The notes beneath the pieces are model-generated. The model was not told the DNA's origin, searched no databases, and saw nothing but the letters and a program-made list of their open reading frames with translations. This document shows positions 23,650-35,900 of a stretch of DNA of 64,000 nucleotides, in pieces. The DNA is from Sphyrna mokarran (lineage: Eukaryota). Position 1 is the stretch's first letter, and each line of letters opens with the position of its first letter. The translations under genes were made by a program, and so were the position numbers. The stretch covers positions 59,644,001 to 59,708,000 of the forward strand of contig JAGIQG010000009.1 in the NCBI GenBank assembly GCA_024679065.1, in the 5' to 3' direction.

Positions 23650-24670
23650 ACTTTTCTGGTCGGCAGTTGGTGACTAGTGGCGTGCCGCAGGGACCGGTGC
23701 TGAAGCTTCAAATGTTTACCACATACATGAACAATCTGGCAGAGGGAACCAAGTGCAGGGTAACAAAGTTTGCTGATGACACAAAGATGAGTGGGAAAGC
23801 GAATTGCGTAGACGACGTGGAAAGTCTGCAGAGAGATTTGGATAGGCTGAGTGAGTGGGTAAGGATGTGGCAGATGGAGTATAACGTTGGCAAGTGAGAG
23901 GTTATCTATTTTGGAAGGAATAATAGTAAAATGGACTGTTATTTAAATGGTGATAAGTTACAACATGCTGCTATGCAGATGAACCTGGGGGTCCTTGTGC
24001 ACGAATTGCAAAAAGTCAGTTTGCAGGTGCAGCAGGTGATCAAGAAGGCGAATGGAATATTGGCCTTTATCGCTAGCAGGATGGAATATAAAAACAGGGA
24101 GGTCTTGCTGCAATTGTACAGGTTACGGGTAAGGCTGCAACTGGAGTACTGTGTGCAATTTTGGTCCCCTTATTTGCGAAAGGATATATTGGCCTTAGAG
24201 GGGGTGCAGAGAAGGTTCACCAGGTTGATACCGGAGATGAAGGAGTTAGCTTATGGAGAGAGATTAAGCAGATTGGGCCAGTACTCGCTAGAGTTTAGAA
24301 GGCTGAGGGGTGATGTTATAGAGACACATAAGATAACGAAGGGACTAGATGGAGTGGAGGCACTTAGAAAGGAAACAAAAATTAGAGGATACTGTCAAAT
24401 TAAGGGGGAGTCAGTTTAGAGAGTTGAGGAGGAACAACTTCTCTCAGAGCGTAGTGAATCTCTGCAATTCTCTGTCCATTGAAGCAGCTATTTCACTGAA
24501 TATGTTTAAGTCACAGTTAGATAGATTTCTGACCAATAGGGGAATTAAGAGCAATGGGGAGCAAGTGCGTAAGTGGAACTGAACCACCACAAGATCAGCC
24601 ATGATATTACTGAATGGCAGGGCAGGCTCACGGGGCTAGGTGGCCTACTCCTGCTTCTATTTCTTATGTT
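23650..24670 (+). mobile_element. CR1 LINE 3' portion
   Basis: SGVPQG and KFADDTK (ORF 23667..23897); QLEYCVQFWSPYLRKD (ORF 23931..24419); CR1 tail. Confidence 0.93.
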
Positions 24671-24674
24671 GTTA

Positions 24675-25560
24675 TTGTACAACTTCGACAAGACGTTCCA
24701 ACTCCTGTATTCAATGTTCTGACCAATGAAACCAAGCATGCCAAATACCCTCTTTACCACTCTGTCCACCTATGATTCCATCTTCGAGGAGCTCTGAACC
24801 TATACCCCTAGGTCTCTTTGCTCTATAACTCTCCCCAACACCCTACCATTAACTGAGTAAGTCCTGCCCTGGTTCGATCAGCTAAAATACATCACCTCAC
24901 TTTTATCTAAATTGAACTCCACTTGCCATCTGTCAACCCAATTGATCAAGATCGCATTGCAATCCGAGATAATCTCATTCACTATCTACTATACCGTCAA
25001 TCTTGGTGTTTATCTGCAGACTAACCATGCCTACAAAATTCTCATCCAAATTATTAGTAATAAATAACAGTGGACCCAGCACTAATCCCTGAGGCACACC
25101 ACTGGTCACAAGCCTCTGGTTTGAAAAACAACCCTCTACATCCAAGCTCTGTCATCAAGCCAATTGTGTATCCATTTGGCTATTCCACCCTAGATCCTGC
25201 AAAATTTAATCTTATGCAACAACCTACCATGTGGTACTTTGTCAAAGGACTTGCTCAAGTCCACATAGACAACATCAACTGCACTACCCTCATTTATCTT
25301 CTTGGTTACCTCTCCACAAAATTCAAATTTGAGAGACACGATTTTCTACTCAAAGCCATGCTGACTGTCCCCTATCAGTCCTTACATCTCTAAACATCTG
25401 TAGATCTCGTCTCTCAAAAAACCTTATAAAACAACTTACCCACTATGGATACGAGGCTCACTGACCTGTAGTTCCCAGGCCTTTCCCTGCAGCCTTTTTA
25501 AACAAAGGCACAATATTTATCATCTCCCAATCTTCAAGCATCTCACCTGTGACTAGCGAT
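24675..25560 (-). mobile_element. CR1 LINE RT fragment, opposite orientation
   Basis: ORF 24545..24769 begins RVVKRVFGMLGFIGQNIEYRSW; reverse-strand SGVPQG-like sequence near 25080-25105. Confidence 0.85.
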
Positions 25561-25569
25561 GATGTCATA

Positions 25570-27490
25570 GTTGAGGTGCCTGTATATAGATGTAGGTTAA
25601 CTGAACTAATCAAATTTGCAAGAATAGTCTCAAGGTAGTGTATTAGATTATTATTTGGGGCAATATGTTTTGGAACCAGCCAGGGAGCAGGCTATTCTGG
25701 ATTTGAGATTGGATGGTGATGAGGGATTAATGAATGATCTACAGTTAACAATCCTCCAGGAAAGGGTCTAAGGACAATAAGACTGAGTCCCATATTAGTG
25801 TTCTACTGTTAAACCAAGGTAATTAAAAAGACACGAGAATAGATTTGGGCCAAGTGGACTTGGCAAAAAGATTAAAAAAATAGAACAGTTGACAGTGGTG
25901 GATTTTTAAGGAAATACTCAATTCCTCCCAACTAAGATATATTTCAGAGGGGAAGATAGATTGTAAGAGGGAAAAAACACATCTGTGGCTAATCAAACAG
26001 GTTGAAGATAAAAAAGGCAAAATCTAAGGTCAGTGGCAGGCTGCACGATTTGGGAACTTTTACAGATCAATGAAGGGTTACTTAAAGAAAATAAAGCAAA
26101 AAAAAAAAAATTGGATAGCGAGTTTCTGTAAGTAAATAAAAGGAAGAGAATAGCTAAAATGAATGTTGTCCCTTGGAGGATAACATTGGGGAGTAATAGC
26201 GAGGAGGAACAGAAATGATGGAGACACTAAAAGAGTATTTTGCCTTTGTTTTCACAGTGGAGCTCACTAATACCATTCCAATAGTAACAGGTAATGCAGA
26301 AGAACTTTGAACAATCACCACTACATGGGAAAAAGTACTGGACAAACTTTTGGGATTGAAGGCAGACAAGTCCTCAGGGCCTAATGACTTACATACCAAC
26401 GTCTTAAGGAAGTTAATCCAGAGATAGAATGTTCAATGGTTATAATTGAAAAATTCCTTGGGTGCAGGAAAGTTCCAGCGGATTAGAAAGTTGCTCAGAT
26501 GATGCACTTATTCAAAAAGGGAGGGAGGCACTAAGTAGGAAACCATAGACTAGCAGATTTAACATCTATCTTTGGGAAATAATTAGAATCCATTAATAAC
26601 AAAGTACAGGATATTTGCAAAGTCAAAACTCAGTCAATTTGAGTCAGCATGGTTTTATAAAAGGTAAACTGCATTTGACTAATTTGCTAGAGTTCTTTGA
26701 AGATGTAAAAAGCAAAATGGATAACAGAATCTTGTAGATGTAGTATATCCAGACTTTCAGAAGGCATTTGATAAGGTGTCACATGCGAGATTAATACAAG
26801 GTTAAGATCACATGGGGTTGGAGATAATTTATTAGCTTGAATAGGGTACTGGCTTTACCTCAGTCCAACGCTGGCATCTCCACATCATAACCAACAGAAA
26901 GCAGAGTCAGGGGGTAAATGGGTCTTTTTCTGGTTGGCAAGATAATTAGTGGTGTGCCACAGGAGTTGGTCCTTGGAACCCAACTATTAATAATCTATAT
27001 TGACTTGGACGCAGGGATAGAAGGGAGTTGAGAGACTTGACTTATGAGGAGAAACTGAGTATACTGGGGCCAAATTCATTGGAATTCAGAAGAATGAGGG
27101 GAGATCTTAAAGAAACATACAAGATAAGGGAATAGATAAGATAGAAGCAGGGAAGTTGTTTCCACTGGCAGATCAAACTAAAACTTGGGGGCATGGCCTC
27201 AAAATAAGGGGAAAACAGATTTAGGGCTTAGTTGAGGAGGAACTTCTTCACATAAAGAGTTGTGAATTTGTGGAATTCCTTACCCAGTGAGGAAGTTCAG
27301 TCTACCTCATTGAATGTTTTTAAGGCAAGGATAGATAAGTTTTTGAACAGTAAAAGAAGTAAAGTTTAGGATGAGAGGGCAAGCAAGTGGAACTGAGTCC
27401 ACGAAAAGAATCAACCATGATCTTATTGAATGGCAGAGCAAGTTCGAGGGGTCAGATGGCCTACTCCTCCTCCTGGTTCTCATGTTCTTA
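25570..27490 (+). mobile_element. CR1 LINE ORF2 remnant with internal deletion and 3' tail
   Basis: EN/RT remnants (AILDL, QHGF, DFQKAFDKV), a jump to the C-terminus near 27020, and a CR1 tail ending about 27490. Confidence 0.85.
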
Positions 27491-28590
27491 TCAAGGCCAC
27501 ATTTGACAGAGTTTTGATATCAAAGCGCCCTAGCAAAACTGGAGTCAATAGGAATTGTGGAAAACTCTCCACTGGTTGGAATCATACCAAGCAGAAAGGA
27601 AGATGGTTGTGGTTGTTGAAAGACAGTCATTAAGTTCCAGGCCACCATCTCAGGAATTCCTCAGGGTAGTGTCCCACGACCAACCATCTTCAGCTGCTTC
27701 ATCAAAGACCTTTCTATCATCATAAGGTCAGAAGTAGGGATGTTCACTGACAACTTTGCAACATTTAACCCTTTTCGTGAATCCTCAGATACCAAAATGC
27801 AACAAGACCTAAACAATATACAGACTGACATATTGGACTGATAGGTGGCAAGTAACATTCGAGTCTAAAGTAGAATGGCACTGATATTTGAATCATATCA
27901 GTGCCAAGCCATGATCATCTCCAACAAGAGAGAATCTAACCATTGTCCCTGGACATTCAATGGTATTACCATGCCTGAACTCCCATCAGCAACATCCTGG
28001 GGATTACCATTGACTAGAAGCTTAACTGGAGTAGCATATAAATACAGTGGCCATACAGACTAGCAGTCATGTAATGAGTAACTCATTTCCTGACTCCCTA
28101 AGCCTGTCCATCATCTACAAGGCATAAGTCAGGAGTGTGATGTAATACTCTCCCCTTACCTGGTTGAGTGCAGCTCAAACAAGATTGAAGCAGCAGCGCA
28201 GGATAAAGCAACCTGCTTGATTGGCAGCTTTCCACAAACAAACATTCATTCCCTCTACCACGAATGCACCATAACAACAATGCATACTATCTACAAGATG
28301 CATTTCAGAAACTCACCAAGGCTCCTCAGACAACACCTTTCAAACCCAGCTAGAACCAAAAGGGTAACAGATACACAAGAACACCATCACCTGGAGATTT
28401 CCTCTCAAGCCATTCATCAGCTTGACTTAGAAATATACTGCCATTCCCTCACTGTTGCTGGCTCATGATCCTGGAATTCCTTCCCCAACAGTACTCCCCT
28501 CCAATGACTGCAACAGTTTAAGAAAGGAACTCACTATCAATTTCTCAAGGCCAATTAGGAATAGGCTGTAAACGCTGGCCTAGCCACAAA
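27490..28590 (+). mobile_element. CR1/L2-superfamily LINE RT and 3' UTR remnant (different family)
   Basis: GIPQGSV..PTIFSCFI and IYKA.VRSV motifs; a similar 3' UTR fragment recurs at 60220-60500. Confidence 0.7.
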
Positions 28591-29712
28591 TAATAAAAAA
28601 ATAGAATTTATAACACAGAATTGTTTGAAAGGGGATTCAGATAGTTGCTTGAAAAAGCAGACAGGAGAGCAGATCTAGACTCGATGACTCTTGTAGAGAA
28701 AACACTCGAGTAAAAAAGTTTGTGTAATACTGATGTAACATTCTATGAATTTTCTTAAGAGTACAGAGGATACAAGGATGAATACACAGCAAAGGAGTTA
28801 AAACTCTTCAATTATGTTTGTAAACAAATCTGATTTTTGTTAAATATCAGAGTCCCAAAATCTACCTTTTTTGTTTTCTTTTCACCATGTTACATGGGGG
28901 TCACAAAGTTAATGGTTCACCTTTATATCAACCACTACTTTTGGATTTGGCAGGTTGCTTTACAGCCAAATGCCCTTCCGGTTGTTTGCATTTATCACTC
29001 ATCTGGACTGGTGGGGGATAGTGTGGATACAGGTTAGCTTACCTGCAACAGTGGCTGGACAGTTCTGTAGCCTACTACTTTGGCAATGGGACCCAACATT
29101 TTGACTTGGAGACAGAGACACAAGACATCCTAAAGTTCAGAATTTACTGCTGACCTATATTTGTAGATTCATTACTATGCTTTTCTAGATCCAATAATTG
29201 TGCAGAATTACAAAAAATACACAAAATAATCATTTGGTCCAACCAGTCATTGCTGGAGTTAATGCTCCACTTGGGCCTCCTCCCAACCTTCCTCATCAAA
29301 CTCTTATCAGCATAACCTGCTACTCCCTTCTCCCTTATATTTATCTAGCCCTGCCTTAAATTATTTAATTAATTATTCCCTGTGGTAATACTTCCACATT
29401 CCCAGATGAAGGTTTTGGTGAATTCATGTTTGATCTCATAGTAACGAGCCTCTTGGTTTAATCTTCCCCTCAAAAGAAAACATTCTTCATATCTATTCTA
29501 TCAAAACTGTTCACAACTTTGAAGACCACTAATTAAGTCACCTCCAAGCTTTCTCCATTCAAGAGAAAAGAGACCGAGCATGTTCATCCTCTCCTATCTT
29601 TTGCATTCTCTTTGCCCCAATGTCTCTCAAAATAATATGGTGACCAAAATGCACAGTTTCATGATTTAGTACGGGTTAAGCACAACTTTTCAATTTCATC
29701 CCTCTAGAAATG

Positions 29713-30045
29713 GAGAGCACGGTGGGGCAGTACAGAGGTACAGTCGTTAGCACTGCTGCCTCACAGTACTAGGATTCGATTCCTGGCCGCAGGGCACTGT
29801 CTGCGTAGAGTTTGCACATTTTCCCCACGTCTACATGGGTTTCCTCTGGGTGCTCTGGTTTCCTCCCACAGTCCAAAAGATGTGTGGGTTAGGTGAATTG
29901 GCTATGCTAAATTGTCCCTTAGTATCAGGGAGACTAGCAAGGGTAAATGCCTGGGGTTATGGGACAGGGATTGGGTGGGATTGTGGTTGGTGCAGACTCT
30001 GATGGGCCAAATGGCCTCCTTCTACATTTGTAGAATTCTATGAAA
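29713..30045 (+). mobile_element. HE1-like V-SINE
   Basis: tRNA-derived head (GTTAGCACTGCTGCCTCACAG..TTCGATTCC), V domain GAGTTTGCACATT..GGTTTCCTCCCACAGTCCAAA, CR1-type tail. Confidence 0.88.
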
Positions 30046-30249
30046 CCTTAATGCTTGTTTTTCTCCACTTCCCCCCACCAAAATGTCTTTTTTAACCTGT
30101 ATTGCTACTTCTAATGATTTGTCTATTTGCACTTTCTTGTTCCTCTTCCCACTTTCTACCTGAATAGTTACCCTTTAACGCTTCCTTTTTATCTCGAAGC
30201 AAGTTGGCAACTCATATTATACTTATTCCCCAATTCCATATGTTCTAAC

Positions 30250-30290
30250 CTTATTAATCTATCATATGGCATCTTATCATAGTATTCAAA
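30250..30290 (-). CDS. Candidate 41-bp CDC14 exon after the 31131-31293 exon (FEYYDKMPYDRLI)
   Basis: Very strong acceptor (tttccttctatttattttctttgtttcttcacag), in frame with the phase-0 end of the previous exon; donor AAG|GTTAGA. No homology support. Confidence 0.45.
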
Positions 30291-30374
30291 CTGTGAAGAA
30301 ACAAAGAAAATAAATAGAAGGAAACCCATCACTCCTGCAGAGTATGGTTTACTTACAACTCCCAACTGATTCTT

Positions 30375-30820
30375 TGGGTAGAATTTAATGACAGTAAAGA
30401 GGCTCTTGCTAACTGAGAAAACCTCTCATCATTTTTTTAGGGGAACGTCTTAACTAGATGGTGGTGGAACCCAAGGGCCGAAGTCCAGCCCAGCAAGAGC
30501 TGTCTGGAAGCTAGCACTGCTACTAGGGAGATGGAGATAGCTGCTAGTATGACAACCAGCCAAGACCAAGAATCAACACTGATCCCAGGCCACGGATATG
30601 TGATGACAGGGAGACTGGAAACAAGGACAGAAGGTTGGACTAATTGACACTTGAAGGCCTCAATTGGCAGCAGGGTGGAAAGGTCATTCAGAGGCTCCCA
30701 CACCATGGAGTTAACTGGGGTGGAGGCAGGAAGATGGCAAAGTTCCCACTCACTATCCTCCTGTATAATTAAATGCTCTCTCCACCAAACTTACCAGTGA
30801 AGGGCAATAAATTCCACCTA
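30375..30820. mobile_element. Degenerate Harbinger-like MITE
   Basis: Ends GGGTAGAATTTA and TAAATTCCACC form an imperfect TIR around a GC-richer core. Confidence 0.4.
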
Positions 30821-31130
30821 ATGCCAAGCAAACCAGTCACTTGGAAAAAAATTGTGCCATCAAGATGCCAGTCCACTGACACATTGAGAAACTAGAGATA
30901 GATGATTTAGGCCTTGTCAGCAATATCACATCTTAAAGCAAAAAAAAGGATGCTGCAGTTGAAGTGACCCATTACGCAAGAGCTGCATGTTCTTAGCAGA
31001 AATTCTGTATACATATTTTGGCAAACTATAGGTTTTCTTTAAAAACAACACTGCTGAGAGTCATCTTCAAGCATGCGATATTGCAGACAGTAGGAATGAC
31101 AAGATGTGATTATGATATGACTATCCTTAC

Positions 31131-31293
31131 CTCTATTGTCTTGTCTATGGAATGCACTTTCATGTTCCCACCAAGGGAGAGACTGTCAATGCCAGAAATG
31201 ATCCGGGATAATCCAGTGCACTCTTTGTCAGTACTCTGCCGTTTTTTCAAGGACCTATAAATATCACCTTCGAGCCACATGTGCCCTTGCTTC
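31131..31293 (-). CDS. CDC14A: CDC14A-like phosphatase exon (end of catalytic domain and start of C-terminal tail)
   Basis: AG/GT-bounded 163 bp encoding (E)KQGHMWLEGDIYRSLKKRQSTDKECTGLSRIISGIDSLSLGGNMKVHSIDKTIE; phase-compatible with the previous exon. Confidence 0.9.
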
Positions 31294-32669
31294 CTGGAGA
31301 CAAATTAAAGGGGTCAAAACAGGTTTCATTATTATTCAGACCGTTGTATTTAAAATGGTCAAATTAAAACTGCATGATCTTATAGGGATTAAAGAGACAT
31401 TGGCAAAAGCCAACACAAACTGTCAATTTTTAATCATTACGTTTTCAGGCAGCACATGTTGGTGAGATGGTGCTTTCAAATACTTGCAGTGATTCCTCCT
31501 GGAATTAGTTAATGTTTAATACATAACTTATTTGAACACTACATGCTGCACAACCAGCATCTGAAAGTAACTTTGGCTCATTTTAATAATTTTGTTCATA
31601 CTATTTCATTCGGCTTGCAGAGATTCTTCAGTACAAGCAGTGTCTTTGAAACCCCATACTTCCAAAAAGGTGTGCGCACTGTTGTATAGCTCTTCAAGTT
31701 CAGTAACTTTGCTGACAATTCGAAGTGCCCAAATCACGAATAAGCCTATTACTGGCCTCCATCTTTTAAAAAAACTGGTGCAGAAAAGATCAAAATGCTG
31801 CTGAAAGTCACATTAGCAATTTGGTTCAACTATTTTCAGACTCCACTCAAAGCCATATAAGCATCATATGCAATGCAGAAATAGGAAAGATTGTTGCTCT
31901 AAAACAAAAGTTCACAGTTTTGGATCAAAGATATTTAAACACAGTTTTCAAGATGCAAATAAAATTGGACAAAGCAGAAATGTGCATTAATAACTGGAGA
32001 AATCTGCTCAAAGTTCAGTATATTCAAAACAATTAGCAATGCTATTGGAAACTGATTTTTTTAAGCTTTGTTATTAACTCATTCAGGGTCCTTTAGGCAG
32101 AAAGTTGAGCAGATGACCCTCAAAAAATGCTACTTCAATGGCAATACTGCTCCGTGGTCTACTACACAAGTACATTTACTTAAATGCCAGGTGCTATGTG
32201 AAATTTGCAATTTCTAAACAGTAGTCTTTTTCCCTCCCTAAAATACAGTTTTTCAGCAAAGGAGCCTTTAAATGAATAAAAGATTTTAAAAGTATTCTCT
32301 TTTATAGCTCATCAAATAAGTTTGGAAATCTGGAAACTACTGAAAGGTACTCCTGCATCTTGTGTGAAAGTAATGTAGAATCTGAATTTAGTAAAGTTTG
32401 AACCCAGATTGTTCAGAAGAGTAAAAGTCTTCAAAGTAAAACAATTCATGAAACATTTAAAAGATTAAGACAATAATTTGGCAGCTATCTTTAATCTCGT
32501 GAAATATGCAATTTTATTTGTTTACACTTTTTAGTTTATAGAAAAGTTGTTTTCAGAAAGCGCTCGTGAAAAATATAGGAATACTCTGCATGGCAGTTAA
32601 CATAATGAGGGGTTGGGTGTTTTGTTTTAGAAAATGTGCAACACCTCTTAACACAATGGAAGTTCCAAC

Positions 32670-32935
32670 ATAGTTTATTTGTCAGGGTAGGCTTACATTA
32701 ACTACAATAAAATTCCTCTAGTCACCACACTATGGTGCCTGTTAGGATACACTGAGGGGGAATTCAGCATGGCCAATCCACCTATAATGTGCACATTTTT
32801 GGACAGTTGGAGGAAACCGCAGGAAACCCAGGCAAAGACAAAGAGAATGGATGGACTCCGCACAGAAAGTGACCCGAGCTGGGAATCAAATCTGGGTCAC
32901 TGGTGCTCTGAGGCAACAATGCCACCATACCGCTC
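32670..32935 (-). mobile_element. V-SINE (HE1-like head and V domain, alternative tail)
   Basis: Reverse-strand V domain and tRNA head; tail shared with 44340-44490. Confidence 0.75.
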
Positions 32936-35900
32936 TGGGGTTCTTTCTGCAATGGATATTTCTCTTTCAGTGATACCAGATTTAGATAGGTAGGTGAATT
33001 AAGATATTTTAAAAACTTACAAATTGAATTATGAAAGTTCCACATTACCTTTACTTTTCAAGTTTAAAAAGACAATAACTGCTTTATAGCTTCCATTTAA
33101 AATATTGTCAATCTTCTATTATTCATCTGCATGGCTATGTACGTATTTAGTGGTAATACTATTATCCCAATCTATTAAAATTTCTGTGGAATAATTTATC
33201 AACTCAGAACCAACATATGATCAGATGCAAGGGACTAAACATCGAGGTGAGTATAAACTAAACGATCAAGTTGCAGTGGAGGCAAATTTTAAAATGGGAT
33301 AGATATCAAGATTTACAGTGAACACTACATCCCTGTGCCAGCTAACATAAAATTGCAAACCAGCACCAGAGTTCAAATTGTGCTCTCACAGCCTACCTTG
33401 AATAAACATTTACTGAAAATTTTATTTGGTTATCTCACAATATACTGCACTAGAATTTTAAAGAAAAGCAACCTCCTCTATCTGAAATATACAGCAGTGA
33501 AAATTTGATAGCAATTCATTACCTAATTACAATAATATTTTGGGATACACAAGTAATGGAAGGCATACACATAGCAAGAGTAGCGTTGCAAGTGATAAGA
33601 TAATTTTAGACCCATGGTTCCCAAATGTTTCCACCATTTAGGGTTTCCTTCCCTCATGTCTGGGTCATTGCAGACAAATAAAAGATTGGCACACAGATTA
33701 GATAACCATACCTGTATTTGTAGAAAGTATTTTGCACACACTTGAGTTGGGGAATAGCTGGACCATTTCTGTGCAACTACATAACTGGAAAGAATGTGTT
33801 ACATTGCAATGTGCATGCTATACTGTCCAAGCAGGCATGCTCAACATTAAATGAAAGAGGTATTATTATCCAAGGAATTAACAGACGGCGCATAATATCC
33901 TTTCAAGAAGTATTGTACCAGCACTAAAACAAGATCAAAGTCTAGTCTTTTGCAAACTACAAGTAATAAATAACACAAATATTACCATAGAGAATTTAAC
34001 CTTCAAATAATTTTTAGTGACAACACTAGCACTTTTCAGCATATCCACAGCACTACAGCAGAATTGAGATTGTGAACTTGGATTTGCTTAATCTTTATTT
34101 CTACTGATTTAACTACATTCCTTGCAGCATTCAGGAGACTCAGATTGGTTATATAATTTGCCTGTGGAAACTGCAGTCAGCAAGCCTCAAGCTTAGGAAT
34201 GTTGTACTCTTCATGTTCTGGAACTGGCATTTCTCAGATCCTTGTTGCGATCTTCCACTGGGGTGGTTATGTGCCAAACTGGTAGAGTCTGTTGGAAGAG
34301 AACTTGGAAATAAGTTACCTTTAGACCTGTTATATGTTTTTTATGGATGTTAATGGTTTTGCAGTATTGCTCTTTTCTTGAACAAAAAATTTTTGCTTAG
34401 ATGAATTTCAATATTGTTTTTGTTTTCATTTCCTGTGGTAATGATGACTCAAAATACTCCATTTTCTCAAGGGATATTGTTTTGATATCTAATTGCACAT
34501 CTCTTATCTAGAGTATGCTTGTGATGGTAAAACAGCAAGTAATGTAATGCTGTTTCTTTGTTTCATCCATGCTATTGTTTCAAATAGCCATCCTAATGTT
34601 CTTGATACACAACTGTGTATTTGGTAACTCAGGATATAATGTTATTTAATTGCTAGGTTAACTCCTACAACTCTGCCTTTAATTTCCTTTTCTGGAATTT
34701 TGTGAATGCTGAGTTATTTAAATGAATAGCAAGAAATGTTTTTAAATAGCCCATATTTTAAATGTGTTTCTTTGGGAGTGGGAAGGGGCAAGTACCCAAA
34801 CTTTGAGTTAATTATTTTTAAAAAACCAAATCATGTTTCACACCTGTAAATCAATGGAAGAAATAGACCGCCATCTTCATCTACCACTAATTTGTGAATT
34901 TAGTTGTGTTGGATATGATTGACTAAAAAGGGTCCTGACAATAAATTCAATCAATACCTTTTCTACATTAAACACTTTTATACAGAAAGTATTCCTTGGA
35001 ATGCTGAGCTGACATATCCAACGTGCAAAAGGTTTGCTCTGTGAAAAATAGAATTAGTCAGTCAAATGAGGAGATGAAATCACTAACCACAAGCATAGGT
35101 GCTTCAATTTGGTGTCAAATGGCAGATTCCTTTCTTCTCAGAATATACAAAATTTGCCTTTTTCAAGAAGCAACTTCTTCTATTTCCCAATTCCCCTACT
35201 ATTATTTTCTCACATCTTTTTCTATGCGTGTATTCATATATTCTCTGGTCTTTGGGTAAAGAAAAACTAGATAGGATGTATAGCAAACAAGGTTAAGCAC
35301 TGCTGAAGGGGAAGCACAATTTATAAAAACTCAGGAGGACTGTAGGAGAAATTAAACAGACAACACTCCACCTCCCCCACCCCAACCTTTTCTCTGCATG
35401 GACATGGATAAACACGCACGCAGTAGAAGCAGCAAAAAGGAGAAAATATAAAAATATTTAAATAGTTGAAAAGCTCTCTATTTTTAAGATAGAAAGAGAA
35501 TCAGCAGTCTGGATATTCCCAACAGTTCTAAAATGTATAAGGCTAGAATCAAGCATAGCTACCATATAGGACAAATGAACAGCGATTAGGACAATTTCTC
35601 AGACAGGCTGGCTATCTTCTCTCATCTCTCCCATCACTCTGTGCAGAATACGCACCAATTTTCTTGATTTGACAGAGTTACATTAAAATAGATTATCTAC
35701 AACATATAAAAGGAGCTCTACATGGAGACAATTCTTGCACTAATAATTATTAATTATAGGGGTGATGGAGTAGTTTCAGAACCCGGGGAAAATTCACTCA
35801 ACCATCTGATTACTTCACAGTACCAGAGCAAGACAAGGCATATTATCAGGGTAACCAAGTTAATTTAAAGGAGATGGCTATGGGAGAATACTTTAGATGC

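Noticed and set aside
29043-29154. Possible CDC14 exon with CAG|GTAAGC donor
   Set aside because: Early stop in the phase-0 frame, weak acceptor and no homology.
29713-29790. tRNA gene
   Set aside because: It is the degenerate tRNA-derived head of a V-SINE and continues directly into the V domain.
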